The notes beneath the pieces were generated by a model. The model was not told the DNA's origin. It saw only the letters and a program-made list of their open reading frames with translations, and made no database searches. Of a stretch of 64,000 bases of DNA, positions 47,751-56,815 are shown in pieces; the stretch's first letter is position 1; the number at the start of each line of letters is the position of its first letter. Source of the DNA: Minisyncoccota bacterium (GTDB taxonomy: Bacteria > Patescibacteriota > Minisyncoccia > Phycocordibacterales > GCA-2401445); NCBI GenBank assembly GCA_040879725.1, contig JBBDJV010000010.1, positions 52,892 to 116,891 of the forward strand, given 5' to 3'. Made by a program: the position numbers and the translations under genes.

Positions 47751-48179
47751 ATGCAACTACACGAATTAAAACGGAATACAGCAAATAAAAAGAGCCGAAA
47801 AGTAGGGCGAGGTGGTGTTCGTGGTAAAACAGCTGGACGCGGTACTAAGGGACAAAAAGCACGAGCTGGACACAGAATTCGACCAGAAATTCGCGATACC
47901 ATCAAAAGACTTCCTAAGCTTCGTGGACGTGGAGTTAATAGCAACAAATCATTTGCACCACGACTTTCACCGGTAAACCTAAGTCTTCTTGAGGAGAAAT
48001 TCTCAGGGTCTGAGGTTACTCTTGCGACTCTTAAAGAGCAAAAACTCATAGCAGGAGGCTCAGTAGGAGCAAAAATCCTCGGTAAGGGCGATATCGCCAA
48101 AAAGCTTACCATTTCAGGTCTTTCTGTATCTGAAAGTGCGAAAGCAAAAATAGAGAAGGCAGGAGGAAAGGTGAACTAG
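47751..48179 (+). CDS. rplO: 50S ribosomal protein L15 (follows rpsE directly; no L30 gene)
   Basis: LHELKRNTANKKSRKVGRGGVRGKTAGRGTKGQ. Confidence 0.9.
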   Translation: MQLHELKRNTANKKSRKVGRGGVRGKTAGRGTKGQKARAGHRIRPEIRDTIKRLPKLRGRGVNSNKSFAPRLSPVNLSLLEEKFSGSEVTLATLKEQKLIAGGSVGAKILGKGDIAKKLTISGLSVSESAKAKIEKAGGKVN

Positions 48180-48224
48180 CGTCACCTTTTCCTTTTTGTG
48201 TTTGTAAGGTAAGATTGGATACGT

Positions 48225-49499
48225 ATGCATACTTTGATTGAAAAAATAAAACTAATAGTCCAGGATAGCTCATTGCGCAAAAAGGTTCTTTTTGTACTTG
48301 GGGCATTGGTGGTTTTCCGTCTTTTGGCGACAATCCCTATTCCGGGCGTAAACCAGGCTCAGCTTGTATCATTGTTTGAAAATAACCAGTTTCTAGGGTT
48401 GCTTAACCTGTTCTCAGGAGGTGGTCTTTCAAACCTATCGATTGTAATGCTTGGAGTTGGTCCGTACATTACTGCGTCGATTGTTATGCAGTTGATGACA
48501 CTGATGATTCCTCGCCTTAAAGCGATGTATCACGAAGAGGGTGAGATGGGTAAAAAGAAATTTACCCAGTACTCACGGTTGCTTACTGTACCGCTTGCTA
48601 TCATCCAAGGTTTTGGATTCATGATGCTCTTGCAACAGCAGGGGGTACTTTCAAACCTAACCGCTTTTGATTTCTTTACAAACATCGTTCTGGTTCTCGG
48701 AGGTTCAATACTCTTGATGTGGATAGGAGAGCTTATTACAGAGTTTGGTATCGGAAACGGAGTATCACTTATTATCTTTGCCGGTATCGTAGCGAGCTTG
48801 CCTCAGATTACACAGCAGTTACTCTTTGGATTCACACCGGAGCAAATCCCGCTATTCCTCGGATTCGGTGTGCTGGCTCTCGTAGTAATTTCTGCGGTGG
48901 TTATTATTACTGAAGCGGAAAGGCCAATTCCTATAACGTACGCAAAACGTGTACGTGGAAATAAAGTATACGGAGGAGTTTCAACATACCTTCCGCTTCG
49001 AGTTAACCAAGCTGGAGTTATTCCAATCATCTTCGCACTTTCTATTCTTCTGTTCCCACAGATGATAATTAACTTGCTCGGAACAATAGACAATGCACTT
49101 CTACAGAGCATTTCAACCTTTATCACTGAGACAATTCTCGGCACACCGTGGATCTATGCGTCATTCTACTTTATCTTGGTATTCCTATTCACATACTTCT
49201 ATACCGCGGTAACATTCGAACCTGACTCAATAGCAACAAACCTCCAGAAGAGCGGTGCCTTTATTCCGGGTGTACGACCAGGTAAATCAACATCAGATTA
49301 TATCAGTAAAGTGTTGGTAAGAATTACTCTTGTCGGAGCACTCTTCCTCGGCTTTATTGCTGTATTACCGCTTATTATGCAAGCAGTGACAAACCAAGCC
49401 GCACTTGCGATTGGTGGTACCGGACTGTTGATTGTGGTTTCTGTAGTACTCGACTTACTCAAGAAAATTGATGCGCAAGTATCAATGCGGGAATATTAA
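48225..49499 (+). CDS. secY: Preprotein translocase subunit SecY
   Basis: 10 TM segments, SecY plug and hinge region. 424 aa. Standard position in the operon. Confidence 0.9.
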   Translation: MHTLIEKIKLIVQDSSLRKKVLFVLGALVVFRLLATIPIPGVNQAQLVSLFENNQFLGLLNLFSGGGLSNLSIVMLGVGPYITASIVMQLMTLMIPRLKAMYHEEGEMGKKKFTQYSRLLTVPLAIIQGFGFMMLLQQQGVLSNLTAFDFFTNIVLVLGGSILLMWIGELITEFGIGNGVSLIIFAGIVASLPQITQQLLFGFTPEQIPLFLGFGVLALVVISAVVIITEAERPIPITYAKRVRGNKVYGGVSTYLPLRVNQAGVIPIIFALSILLFPQMIINLLGTIDNALLQSISTFITETILGTPWIYASFYFILVFLFTYFYTAVTFEPDSIATNLQKSGAFIPGVRPGKSTSDYISKVLVRITLVGALFLGFIAVLPLIMQAVTNQAALAIGGTGLLIVVSVVLDLLKKIDAQVSMREY

Positions 49500-49529
49500 T
49501 TACAAACATAACAAAGTATTATTTTTCAA

Positions 49530-50120
49530 ATGGATCCACACATATTTGTTTTTTTTGGTCGCTCTGGGAGCGGTAAAGGTACACAGGTAGAATTACTTCG
49601 TGAGTATCTAAAGAAAAAGGATCCGGGACGAGAAATAATCCATGTTGAAACAGGGAAGAAGCTTCGTGCACACGCTGAAGACGGAACCTATTCAGGACAT
49701 CTTACTCATGAAGTGCTAAGTAAGGGCGGGTTAATGCCTGAGTTTCTTCCTATATACATGTGGTCGGATACATTCGTAAAAGAATACTCTGGAGAAGAGC
49801 ATCTTATTCTCGACGGTGTATCACGAAGACTTCCTGAGGCGGGAGTGCTGTTGGGCGCGATTAACTTTTACCATGCTAAGAAGGCATATGTAGTACATAT
49901 AGATGTAGCTCCTGAAATAGTAAAACAGAGATTACTCGAGAGGAAGCGTCCGGACGATACCGAAGAGTACATCGCGAGCCGATTGGCATGGTTTGAGGAA
50001 AATACTCGTCCCGCGATAGACTTTTTCAAAAATGCAGAAGGAATAACTTTCATTGAAATAGATGGTTCAGGTGGTTCAGAAAAAGTTCACGAAGAACTCA
50101 TTAAGCGTATAGAGCAGTGA
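49530..50120 (+). CDS. adk: Adenylate kinase (short form)
   Basis: P-loop GRSGSGKGTQ. 196 aa. Confidence 0.85.
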   Translation: MDPHIFVFFGRSGSGKGTQVELLREYLKKKDPGREIIHVETGKKLRAHAEDGTYSGHLTHEVLSKGGLMPEFLPIYMWSDTFVKEYSGEEHLILDGVSRRLPEAGVLLGAINFYHAKKAYVVHIDVAPEIVKQRLLERKRPDDTEEYIASRLAWFEENTRPAIDFFKNAEGITFIEIDGSGGSEKVHEELIKRIEQ

Positions 50121-50884
50121 TAACAATAAAGAGTGAAAAAGAAATTAGCGTACTACGTGAAGGAGGAAAAAAACTTGCACACATTTTAGAAGTGCTATCA
50201 AAAAAAGTTGTTCCTGGAGTTACTACAGAAGAATTAAATAGCTTTGCGGAGCAACTTATACGTGAGGCGGGTGGAGAGGCATCGTTTCTTGGATATCAGC
50301 CAATGGGCGCACCCCGGCCGTATCCGGCGAGCTTGTGTGTTTCGGTAAATGACGCTATTGTCCATGGAATCTCAAATGAGAACCCAGTTACAATAGCAAA
50401 GGGTGACATGGTAAAGATTGATCTTGGACTTACGTACGAGGGTTTAATCACTGACTCTGCACGTACGGTTATCGCTGGCGAAGGTGACATAACTGCAAAG
50501 AAAATGGTTACTGCAACTTACGAGGGTCTTATGGCGGGGATTGAAGCGGCAAAAGGATTTAAAAATGTCGGTGATATCGGCTATGCGATAAAAGAGGCGG
50601 TTAAACCAAGCGGATTTTTTATATTTAAAGAGCTTGGCGGTCACGGAGTTGGCTACTCGGTACACGAAGAGCCATTTGTGGCAAATGTAGGCCAGCGAGG
50701 GCGAGGGGAGCTCCTAAAACCTGGTATGGTGCTCGCGCTTGAGCTTATGCTCGGAGAAACAACCGGAGAAATAATTCAGGATAATGATGGGTATACCTAT
50801 CGAACCAAAGATGGTTCTCGCTCGACACACATTGAGCACACTATCGTGATAACCGATTCTGATCCAGAGATACTCACAGAATAA
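50117..50884 (+). CDS. map: Methionine aminopeptidase type I
   Basis: Pita-bread fold motifs (VNDAIVHGI, DLG, HGVGYSVHEEP). Overlaps the adk stop by 4 nt. Confidence 0.9.
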   Translation: MITIKSEKEISVLREGGKKLAHILEVLSKKVVPGVTTEELNSFAEQLIREAGGEASFLGYQPMGAPRPYPASLCVSVNDAIVHGISNENPVTIAKGDMVKIDLGLTYEGLITDSARTVIAGEGDITAKKMVTATYEGLMAGIEAAKGFKNVGDIGYAIKEAVKPSGFFIFKELGGHGVGYSVHEEPFVANVGQRGRGELLKPGMVLALELMLGETTGEIIQDNDGYTYRTKDGSRSTHIEHTIVITDSDPEILTE

Positions 50885-50916
50885 AAAACCCGAGGCAAAG
50901 GCCTCGGGTTTTTTTA
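50883..50916 (+). terminator. Rho-independent terminator closing the ribosomal superoperon
   Basis: AAAAAACCCGAGGCAAAGGCCTCGGGTTTTTTT. Confidence 0.8.
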
Positions 50917-50992
50917 CAGAGCATTTCACACTGTCGGTATGCTATCATTACAGTATGAAATGTGAACACTATACGCTAGCAGATAGAGCGAT

Positions 50993-53740
50993 ATGCTAGG
51001 TGAGAAATTTAATTCACCGGAGCAGGAGCGAGGACATGTTCAAGAGCGAGTCGGAGAACGTCTTGCTCGTTCGGGCGTTCTGGAAAATGGTGAGTGGCGT
51101 GAACAGGTAGCAAAAGAAATTATTTCAGAATACGGACAAGAGCCTCTATCCGAAACACATAGCAAAGAGTACGCCTTCGGTCATGATGAAATTGAACGTA
51201 CTGGTGTACGGCTGGATCCCGAACCACATGACGCACAAATTGCTGAGCTTATTCATATACTTGAAGAACGAGGGATAAAAAATGCCATCGCGGTTATGGC
51301 TCGGTTACGCAATCCGCACCTTGAGGACGATTTTCTGCGTTTTCTGGTTCAATATCTTGCTATACACGAGGGTGACAAAACCCTTTCGAAAAATAGTCCC
51401 GAATGGAAAGCGCTCCACATGGTGTTATACGAAGTATCGCTACCGACAACCACACTCGGAGAACAGAATCGTTCGTTAAAAGAACTTGTGTCAGCCATGG
51501 AGCAGTTTTATTCCGGAATGCTTTCTATTCAAAAGGAAGGTGTCGGACCTGCGCACTGCACTATTGAGTTGGCAGTAGAAAATCATAAAGAAGAGTTTAT
51601 TTTTTACGTTTCTGTACCCAAAGACCGCTCGAATATTTTTGAGAATCATATGCAGTCGGTATTTCCGCAAGCGAGAATACGTCAGGAGAAGAATGACTAT
51701 AATATTTTTAATGTAGAAGGAGAGTCGGTAGGTGCATACGCTACGTTTGCAAAACCAGCAGTGTATCCGCTTAAAACAATAGAAGCTTTTGACCACGACC
51801 CACTTGCGTCACTCATTAGTTCTTTTGAGAAGGTGGACCATGAAGGGGAAGGGGCGGCAATTCAGATTGTTTTTCATCCGGTAAATGATAGGTATGTTTC
51901 TAAGTACACGCATGTTATCGAAGACGTTGCGAAAGGAACTCCGGTAAAGGAGGCTCTCGCTCGTCCCGACACACTCACGGAGCATATATTTGCGGGAGTT
52001 AAGGATTTATTCGCTCCATCGAGTACTGCAAAAAAAGAAGAAGAAGAGGAACCAGCTGAAAAGATTATTGATACTGATGCGCTTGAGCTTTTCAAACAAA
52101 AGGTGAGCTCGCCTATTGTTGAGGTGAATATTCGTGTGATTGCATCCAGCAGAACAAAGGCAGAAGCAGAGGCTGTTTTGTCTGATATTGAGTCATCGTT
52201 TAACCAGTTTGAGCATACGCGAGGAAACAAGCTTGTATTTACGCATTTACACGGAAGTAACTTACGTTCTTTACTCCGAGATTTTTCTTTCAGATTTTTC
52301 TATGGCAAACGCGCGCTTCCTCTAAGTCTGCGTGAGCTCTCTTCTATCATGCATTTCCCTAATACCGGCGCCAAAGTTTCTTCACAGCTAAGGTCATCTA
52401 AGTCGGGAGTTTCCTCTGCTCCTGTTGGTATACCGCGTGAAGGTGTTGTGCTTGGCATTAACAAAGTACGTAACAACGAAACGCCGATATACATGACACC
52501 GGAAGACCGCTTGCGACACCTCTATGTTATCGGGCAGACCGGTACCGGAAAAACCTCACTCTTGAAAAACATGATAGTTCAGGATATTCAAAATGGTGAT
52601 GGAGTGTGTTTTATTGATCCACACGGAAGCGACGTACAAGATATTTTGGCACAAATACCACGTGAGCGTTTTGAAGATGTTATCTATTTTGATCCTAGTT
52701 ATACTGCTCGGCCTATGTCACTTAACATGCTTGAGTATGACGAGCGGTATCCGGAGCAGAAAACGTTTGTGGTAAATGAGATGCTCTCCATTTTCAATAA
52801 GCTTTTTGACATGAAAGCCGCGGGAGGTCCTATGTTTGAGCAGTACTTTAGAAATGCCGCGCTTTTGATACTCGATGATCCAACAACAGGCTCAACACTG
52901 CTTGAGCTTTCGCGTGTGTTGGCGGATAAAAAGTTCAGAGAGCTGAAGCTTTCACGGTGTCGTAACCCGATAGTTATTCAGTTCTGGAGAGAGGTGGCGG
53001 AGAAGGCAGGTGGAGAAGCTTCACTACAAAACATGGTTCCGTATATTACCTCGAAGTTTGATAACTTCCTCAGCAACGATATTATGCGTCCGATTATCGC
53101 ACAACAGAAATCGAGTTTGAATTTCAGGGAAATTATGGATTCTCGAAAAATACTTTTGGTTAATCTTTCAAAAGGACGACTCGGTGAAAGTAATGCAAAC
53201 CTCATTGGACTCATTCTTGTTGGTAAGATACTCATGTCCGCACTTTCTCGAGTGGATTCACTTTCTTCTGATATCGCTCCGTTCTATCTTTACATTGACG
53301 AGTTCCAAAATGTAACAACAGACTCAATTTCAACAATTCTCTCTGAGGCTAGAAAATACAAACTTTCACTTACCATTGCGCATCAATTTATAAATCAGCT
53401 AGAAGACGATATTCGAGACGCGGTTTTTGGAAACGTCGGCTCACTGGCTGCGTTTCGTGTCGGAAGTGAAGATGCTGAATTTTTGGAAAAGCAGTTTGCT
53501 CCTACATTCTCCGCAAAAGATATAATGGAACTTGATAATTACAATGCGTATGTGCGCATGCTCGCCTCTGGACGCCCGATAGCACCATTCAATATAGAAA
53601 CACTACCTCCGCAAAAAGGAAGAGGCGATATTGTGGATCAGGTTAAAGAACTCTCATACCTAAAGTATGGAAAAGAACGTTCTATTGTAGAGCAGGAAAT
53701 ACTATCTCGGTATCGAAAGACAAGCGTAGGAGGGCAGTAA
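50993..53740 (+). CDS. TraD/VirD4-like P-loop ATPase (type IV coupling-protein / DUF87 family C-terminal half) fused to an uncharacterised ~430-aa N-terminal region
   Basis: Walker A HLYVIGQTGTGKTS, CFIDPHG motif, and a C-terminal TraG/TraD-type motif region (SLTIAHQFINQLEDDIRDAVFGNVGSLAAFRVGSEDAEFL). The N-terminal half has no recognisable motif. Confidence 0.55.
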   Translation: MLGEKFNSPEQERGHVQERVGERLARSGVLENGEWREQVAKEIISEYGQEPLSETHSKEYAFGHDEIERTGVRLDPEPHDAQIAELIHILEERGIKNAIAVMARLRNPHLEDDFLRFLVQYLAIHEGDKTLSKNSPEWKALHMVLYEVSLPTTTLGEQNRSLKELVSAMEQFYSGMLSIQKEGVGPAHCTIELAVENHKEEFIFYVSVPKDRSNIFENHMQSVFPQARIRQEKNDYNIFNVEGESVGAYATFAKPAVYPLKTIEAFDHDPLASLISSFEKVDHEGEGAAIQIVFHPVNDRYVSKYTHVIEDVAKGTPVKEALARPDTLTEHIFAGVKDLFAPSSTAKKEEEEEPAEKIIDTDALELFKQKVSSPIVEVNIRVIASSRTKAEAEAVLSDIESSFNQFEHTRGNKLVFTHLHGSNLRSLLRDFSFRFFYGKRALPLSLRELSSIMHFPNTGAKVSSQLRSSKSGVSSAPVGIPREGVVLGINKVRNNETPIYMTPEDRLRHLYVIGQTGTGKTSLLKNMIVQDIQNGDGVCFIDPHGSDVQDILAQIPRERFEDVIYFDPSYTARPMSLNMLEYDERYPEQKTFVVNEMLSIFNKLFDMKAAGGPMFEQYFRNAALLILDDPTTGSTLLELSRVLADKKFRELKLSRCRNPIVIQFWREVAEKAGGEASLQNMVPYITSKFDNFLSNDIMRPIIAQQKSSLNFREIMDSRKILLVNLSKGRLGESNANLIGLILVGKILMSALSRVDSLSSDIAPFYLYIDEFQNVTTDSISTILSEARKYKLSLTIAHQFINQLEDDIRDAVFGNVGSLAAFRVGSEDAEFLEKQFAPTFSAKDIMELDNYNAYVRMLASGRPIAPFNIETLPPQKGRGDIVDQVKELSYLKYGKERSIVEQEILSRYRKTSVGGQ

Positions 53741-53845
53741 AACCCGTTGTATTAAGACAGGTTTTTTGCTACACTCAAGGGCATTATTGGCAGTAGGGGA
53801 GCTTTCCTCTCTCTGTTTCAAGACATTATTACGTAATTTATTGCT

Positions 53846-54448
53846 ATGGCGCATCCAAAGAAAGAAAGGACATTCGTTATTATTAAACCGGACGGAATAC
53901 AGCGTTCACTTATTGGTGAAATACTAAAACGCTTTGAGAGAACCGGACTCAAGATCGTGGGAATGAAATTTACCATGCTTGATGAGAAAAAGTTGTGGAA
54001 GCACTACAACAAAGATGATGCGTGGTTTGAGAAAAAGGGTACAAATATCGTAAAAGATAGAACAGAAGCTGGACTTCCAGTTGAGAAAGAGGCAATAGAG
54101 TACGGAAAAGATATTATTCGCGCGCTCGTAAGCTTTATGACCGCAGGACCGGTGGTTATGATGGTTCTTGAAGGAAACCAGGCGGTAGCGGTGGTAAAGA
54201 AGCTTGTGGGAGAAACAGAGCCTGCAACATCGGATGTAGGGACGATTAGAGGAGACCTAACACTTGATTCATACGCAATTTCTGCGGTTGATGACCGTGC
54301 GGTACGAAACCTTATCCACTGTTCCGACGAGGTGCAGAATGCGGAAACTGAAATTAAGCTTTGGTTTGATTCTTCAGATTTAATTAACTACCGCCATATT
54401 GGAGAAGAAATTCTTTACGATATAAACTTGGACGGCATAAAAGAGTAA
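53846..54448 (+). CDS. ndk: Nucleoside diphosphate kinase with internal insertions and C-terminal extension (200 aa)
   Basis: ERTFVIIKPDG, TIRGD, NLIHCSD (active-site His) motifs. Confidence 0.8.
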   Translation: MAHPKKERTFVIIKPDGIQRSLIGEILKRFERTGLKIVGMKFTMLDEKKLWKHYNKDDAWFEKKGTNIVKDRTEAGLPVEKEAIEYGKDIIRALVSFMTAGPVVMMVLEGNQAVAVVKKLVGETEPATSDVGTIRGDLTLDSYAISAVDDRAVRNLIHCSDEVQNAETEIKLWFDSSDLINYRHIGEEILYDINLDGIKE

Positions 54449-54449
54449 C

Positions 54450-54481
54450 AAAATCCCCGCTTAAGCGGGGATTTTGTTTTG
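54450..54481 (+). terminator. Rho-independent terminator after ndk
   Basis: AAATCCCCGCTTAAGCGGGGATTTTGTTTT. Confidence 0.8.
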
Positions 54482-54635
54482 TGTATAAAAGGATAGTATA
54501 CTGTAGATAGGGTTATGAGGCATATTAACTAGATGTTAAATAGCCAGGGAGTCTTACATCATGTACTGCCGTGGTAGTACAGTGCGGACACCCACTTGAA
54601 ATAAAAACTCAAGGCTAATATCCCATAGCCCTTAC

Positions 54636-54667
54636 AAAAAGATCCGCCTGTGGCGGATTTTTTTGTG
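54636..54667 (+). terminator. Second rho-independent terminator 160 bp downstream, with no CDS in between
   Basis: AAAAAGATCCGCCTGTGGCGGATTTTTTTG. Confidence 0.65.
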
Positions 54668-54686
54668 CGTGTATAATAGAGTAACC

Positions 54687-55070
54687 ATGATAATACGATA
54701 CAGAGCACTTATAGTAATATTGATATTGAGCGGAGTGCTCTATGTATCTCACATGTACGCGTCCGCACATGCGCTCTATTTTGAGTACTACTGGTTCAGC
54801 GCAATTATGCACTTACTTGGTGGGAGTATACTCGGGCTTCTGTGGCTCTGGTTTGTAGGGCGCGCGGGGAAAAGCCACTCTGTTTGGACAACACTCGCAT
54901 TTGTATTATTCATTGGAGTTTCGTGGGAGATTTTTGAATACGTGTTTGATATTGCCTATGCGGGACGCTACTATGCCATAGATACAAGTGTGGATATTCT
55001 TATGGATGTACTCGGAGCATTACTTATGTACGTTTTCTTTAAAAATAAATTTATACAACATCATGAATAA
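54687..55070 (+). CDS. Hypothetical polytopic membrane protein (possibly VanZ-like)
   Basis: Four hydrophobic segments. Start trimmed to MIIRYR (ATG). Confidence 0.45.
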   Translation: MIIRYRALIVILILSGVLYVSHMYASAHALYFEYYWFSAIMHLLGGSILGLLWLWFVGRAGKSHSVWTTLAFVLFIGVSWEIFEYVFDIAYAGRYYAIDTSVDILMDVLGALLMYVFFKNKFIQHHE

Positions 55071-56427
55071 ACTTTCACTAACATGCTATGGAGGTGTTGG
55101 GTCGGTAACGGGCGCAAATTTTTTACTCGCATGGGGTGAGCGACACATACTTGTTGATTGTGGGTTGGTTCAGGGCGGAGAGTTCGCAAAGGAAGAAAAT
55201 AAAAAACCCTTCGCGTATAATCCGGCGAAAACAGATACGCTGATAGTTACCCACGCGCACATGGACCATATTGGACGTATTCCAAAGCTGGTCCAGGAGG
55301 GTTTTTCCGGGAAAATTATTTCCACTCCATCTACCAAAGAGCTTGCGGAAATAATGCTGATAGACAGCATGGGCGTGCTCGCGCGTCAGGCTGAAGAAAA
55401 GGGAGAAGAACCACTCTATACTAAAGAAGATGTTGTAAAAGCACTCTCGCTTTGGGAAACAACACCGTACCACACCAATACAGACATGGGTGATGGATTT
55501 TCTTTTATATTTAAAGATGCCGGGCATATTCTCGGTTCGGCTATTGTTACCATAACAGCACCAAATGGTAAAAAGATAGTATTTTCGGGCGATTTAGGAA
55601 ACTCTCCCGCACCGCTTCTTCGAGAAACAGAGTCAATTACTGAAGCAGATTACATTGTTATGGAAAGTGTATACGGCGACCGTGTGCATGAAGCGCGTGA
55701 TACGAGAAGCAAACAGCTGGAGGAAATAATAGCAGAAAGCATACAGCGGGGTGGGGCATTAATGATTCCCGCATTTTCAATCGAGAGAACACAGACAGTA
55801 TTGTATGAAATAAACAAGTTGATTGAATCAGGAAAGATTCCGCATGTTCCCGTGTTCCTAGACTCACCACTGGCGATAAAGGTTACCGATATATATAAAC
55901 ACCGAAGTAAGAATTTTAACGAAGACGTACGTGGTGAAATACAAGATGGAGATGATATTTTTGATTTCCCAAACTTTACCGCGACGCTTCGCTCTCGCGA
56001 ATCTCATGAAATAGACGCTGTTCCAAACCCAAAAATAATTATCGCCGGCTCAGGTATGTCCAACGGTGGAAGAATAGTTCGACATGAACAAAAGTACCTC
56101 CCCGATCCGAGTAGTACGATCCTCTTTCTCGGGTTTCAAGCCGCGGAAACACTGGGTAGGAAAATACTTGAAGGCAATAAAGAAGTAATGATAAACAATG
56201 AGAAAGTACCGGTAAAAGCTCGTGTAGAAGTAATCACAGGGTACTCAGGGCATGCTGACCGCGATGGACTTCTTGCATTTGTAGAGCCAGTTGCGGAGCA
56301 GGTACGCAAGGTATTTGTAACTATGGGTGAGCCAAAGGCGTCGCTGTTTTTAGTACAGCGCTTGCGTGACTATCTGGGTGTCGATGCTGTGTATCCCGAA
56401 GCAGAAAAGGAGTATGTGCTTGAGTAA
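55063..56427 (+). CDS. Beta-CASP family metallo-beta-lactamase RNase (CPSF73 / TTHA0252-like)
   Basis: HILVDCG, THAHMDHIG and GDLGN motifs plus a beta-CASP and RMMBL C-terminal region. Start trimmed to MNKLSLT (ATG); overlaps the upstream gene by 8 nt. Confidence 0.75.
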   Translation: MNKLSLTCYGGVGSVTGANFLLAWGERHILVDCGLVQGGEFAKEENKKPFAYNPAKTDTLIVTHAHMDHIGRIPKLVQEGFSGKIISTPSTKELAEIMLIDSMGVLARQAEEKGEEPLYTKEDVVKALSLWETTPYHTNTDMGDGFSFIFKDAGHILGSAIVTITAPNGKKIVFSGDLGNSPAPLLRETESITEADYIVMESVYGDRVHEARDTRSKQLEEIIAESIQRGGALMIPAFSIERTQTVLYEINKLIESGKIPHVPVFLDSPLAIKVTDIYKHRSKNFNEDVRGEIQDGDDIFDFPNFTATLRSRESHEIDAVPNPKIIIAGSGMSNGGRIVRHEQKYLPDPSSTILFLGFQAAETLGRKILEGNKEVMINNEKVPVKARVEVITGYSGHADRDGLLAFVEPVAEQVRKVFVTMGEPKASLFLVQRLRDYLGVDAVYPEAEKEYVLE

Positions 56428-56567
56428 ATAAACACTCTTTTTCTTTTCTGTTCCTGCGTGTTTGTGATGTCAGACCTGCGACCAGAGAGGTTTTGAATGG
56501 TTTGGATTAGTTCCAGGCGAAGCGGGGGGTATAAATGAGGTCTTATAAACAAAACCAGACAAAACCA

Positions 56568-56587
56568 GAACGAGGTTAAACCTCGTT
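56568..56587. repeat. Palindrome GAACGAGGTTAAACCTCGTT (copy B1), preceded by an AAAACCAGA direct repeat
   Basis: Seen directly; member of the repeated composite element. Confidence 0.6.
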
Positions 56588-56592
56588 ATAAT

Positions 56593-56640
56593 ATTGCGTT
56601 GCTAAATAAGGCTTTTTCCGAACGAGGTTTAACCTCGTTC
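56593..56640. repeat. Composite repeated element, copy B: GCGTTGCTAAATAAGGC box plus the 21-bp perfect palindrome GAACGAGGTTTAACCTCGTTC
   Basis: About 80 percent identical to copy A at 8860-8905. Confidence 0.65.
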
Positions 56641-56673
56641 GGAGTTGTTACGGAAATGTTATTATACCTCCAG

Positions 56674-56692
56674 TACAAGGGGTCCCCTTGTA
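56674..56692. repeat. 19-bp perfect palindrome TACAAGGGGTCCCCTTGTA (family copy 2)
   Basis: Reverse complement of the copy at 9192-9210. Confidence 0.65.
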
Positions 56693-56782
56693 CTATTTAC
56701 TATTGAGTCATTTAAAGGTACTGTATGCCGTCACGAATCACTAAGTTTGTCTTTTACAATGGTATATATAATCTGCAAATAA

Positions 56783-56815
56783 ATAAAAAACGCCGGCGTG
56801 CCGGCGTTTTTTATT
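56783..56815. terminator. Bidirectional rho-independent terminator downstream of rplT
   Basis: AAAAAACGCCGGCGTGCCGGCGTTTTTT. Confidence 0.75.

Noticed and set aside
51282-53235. Short ORFs on both strands within the TraD-like gene
   Set aside because: Embedded in a continuous 915-codon frame with clear P-loop motifs.
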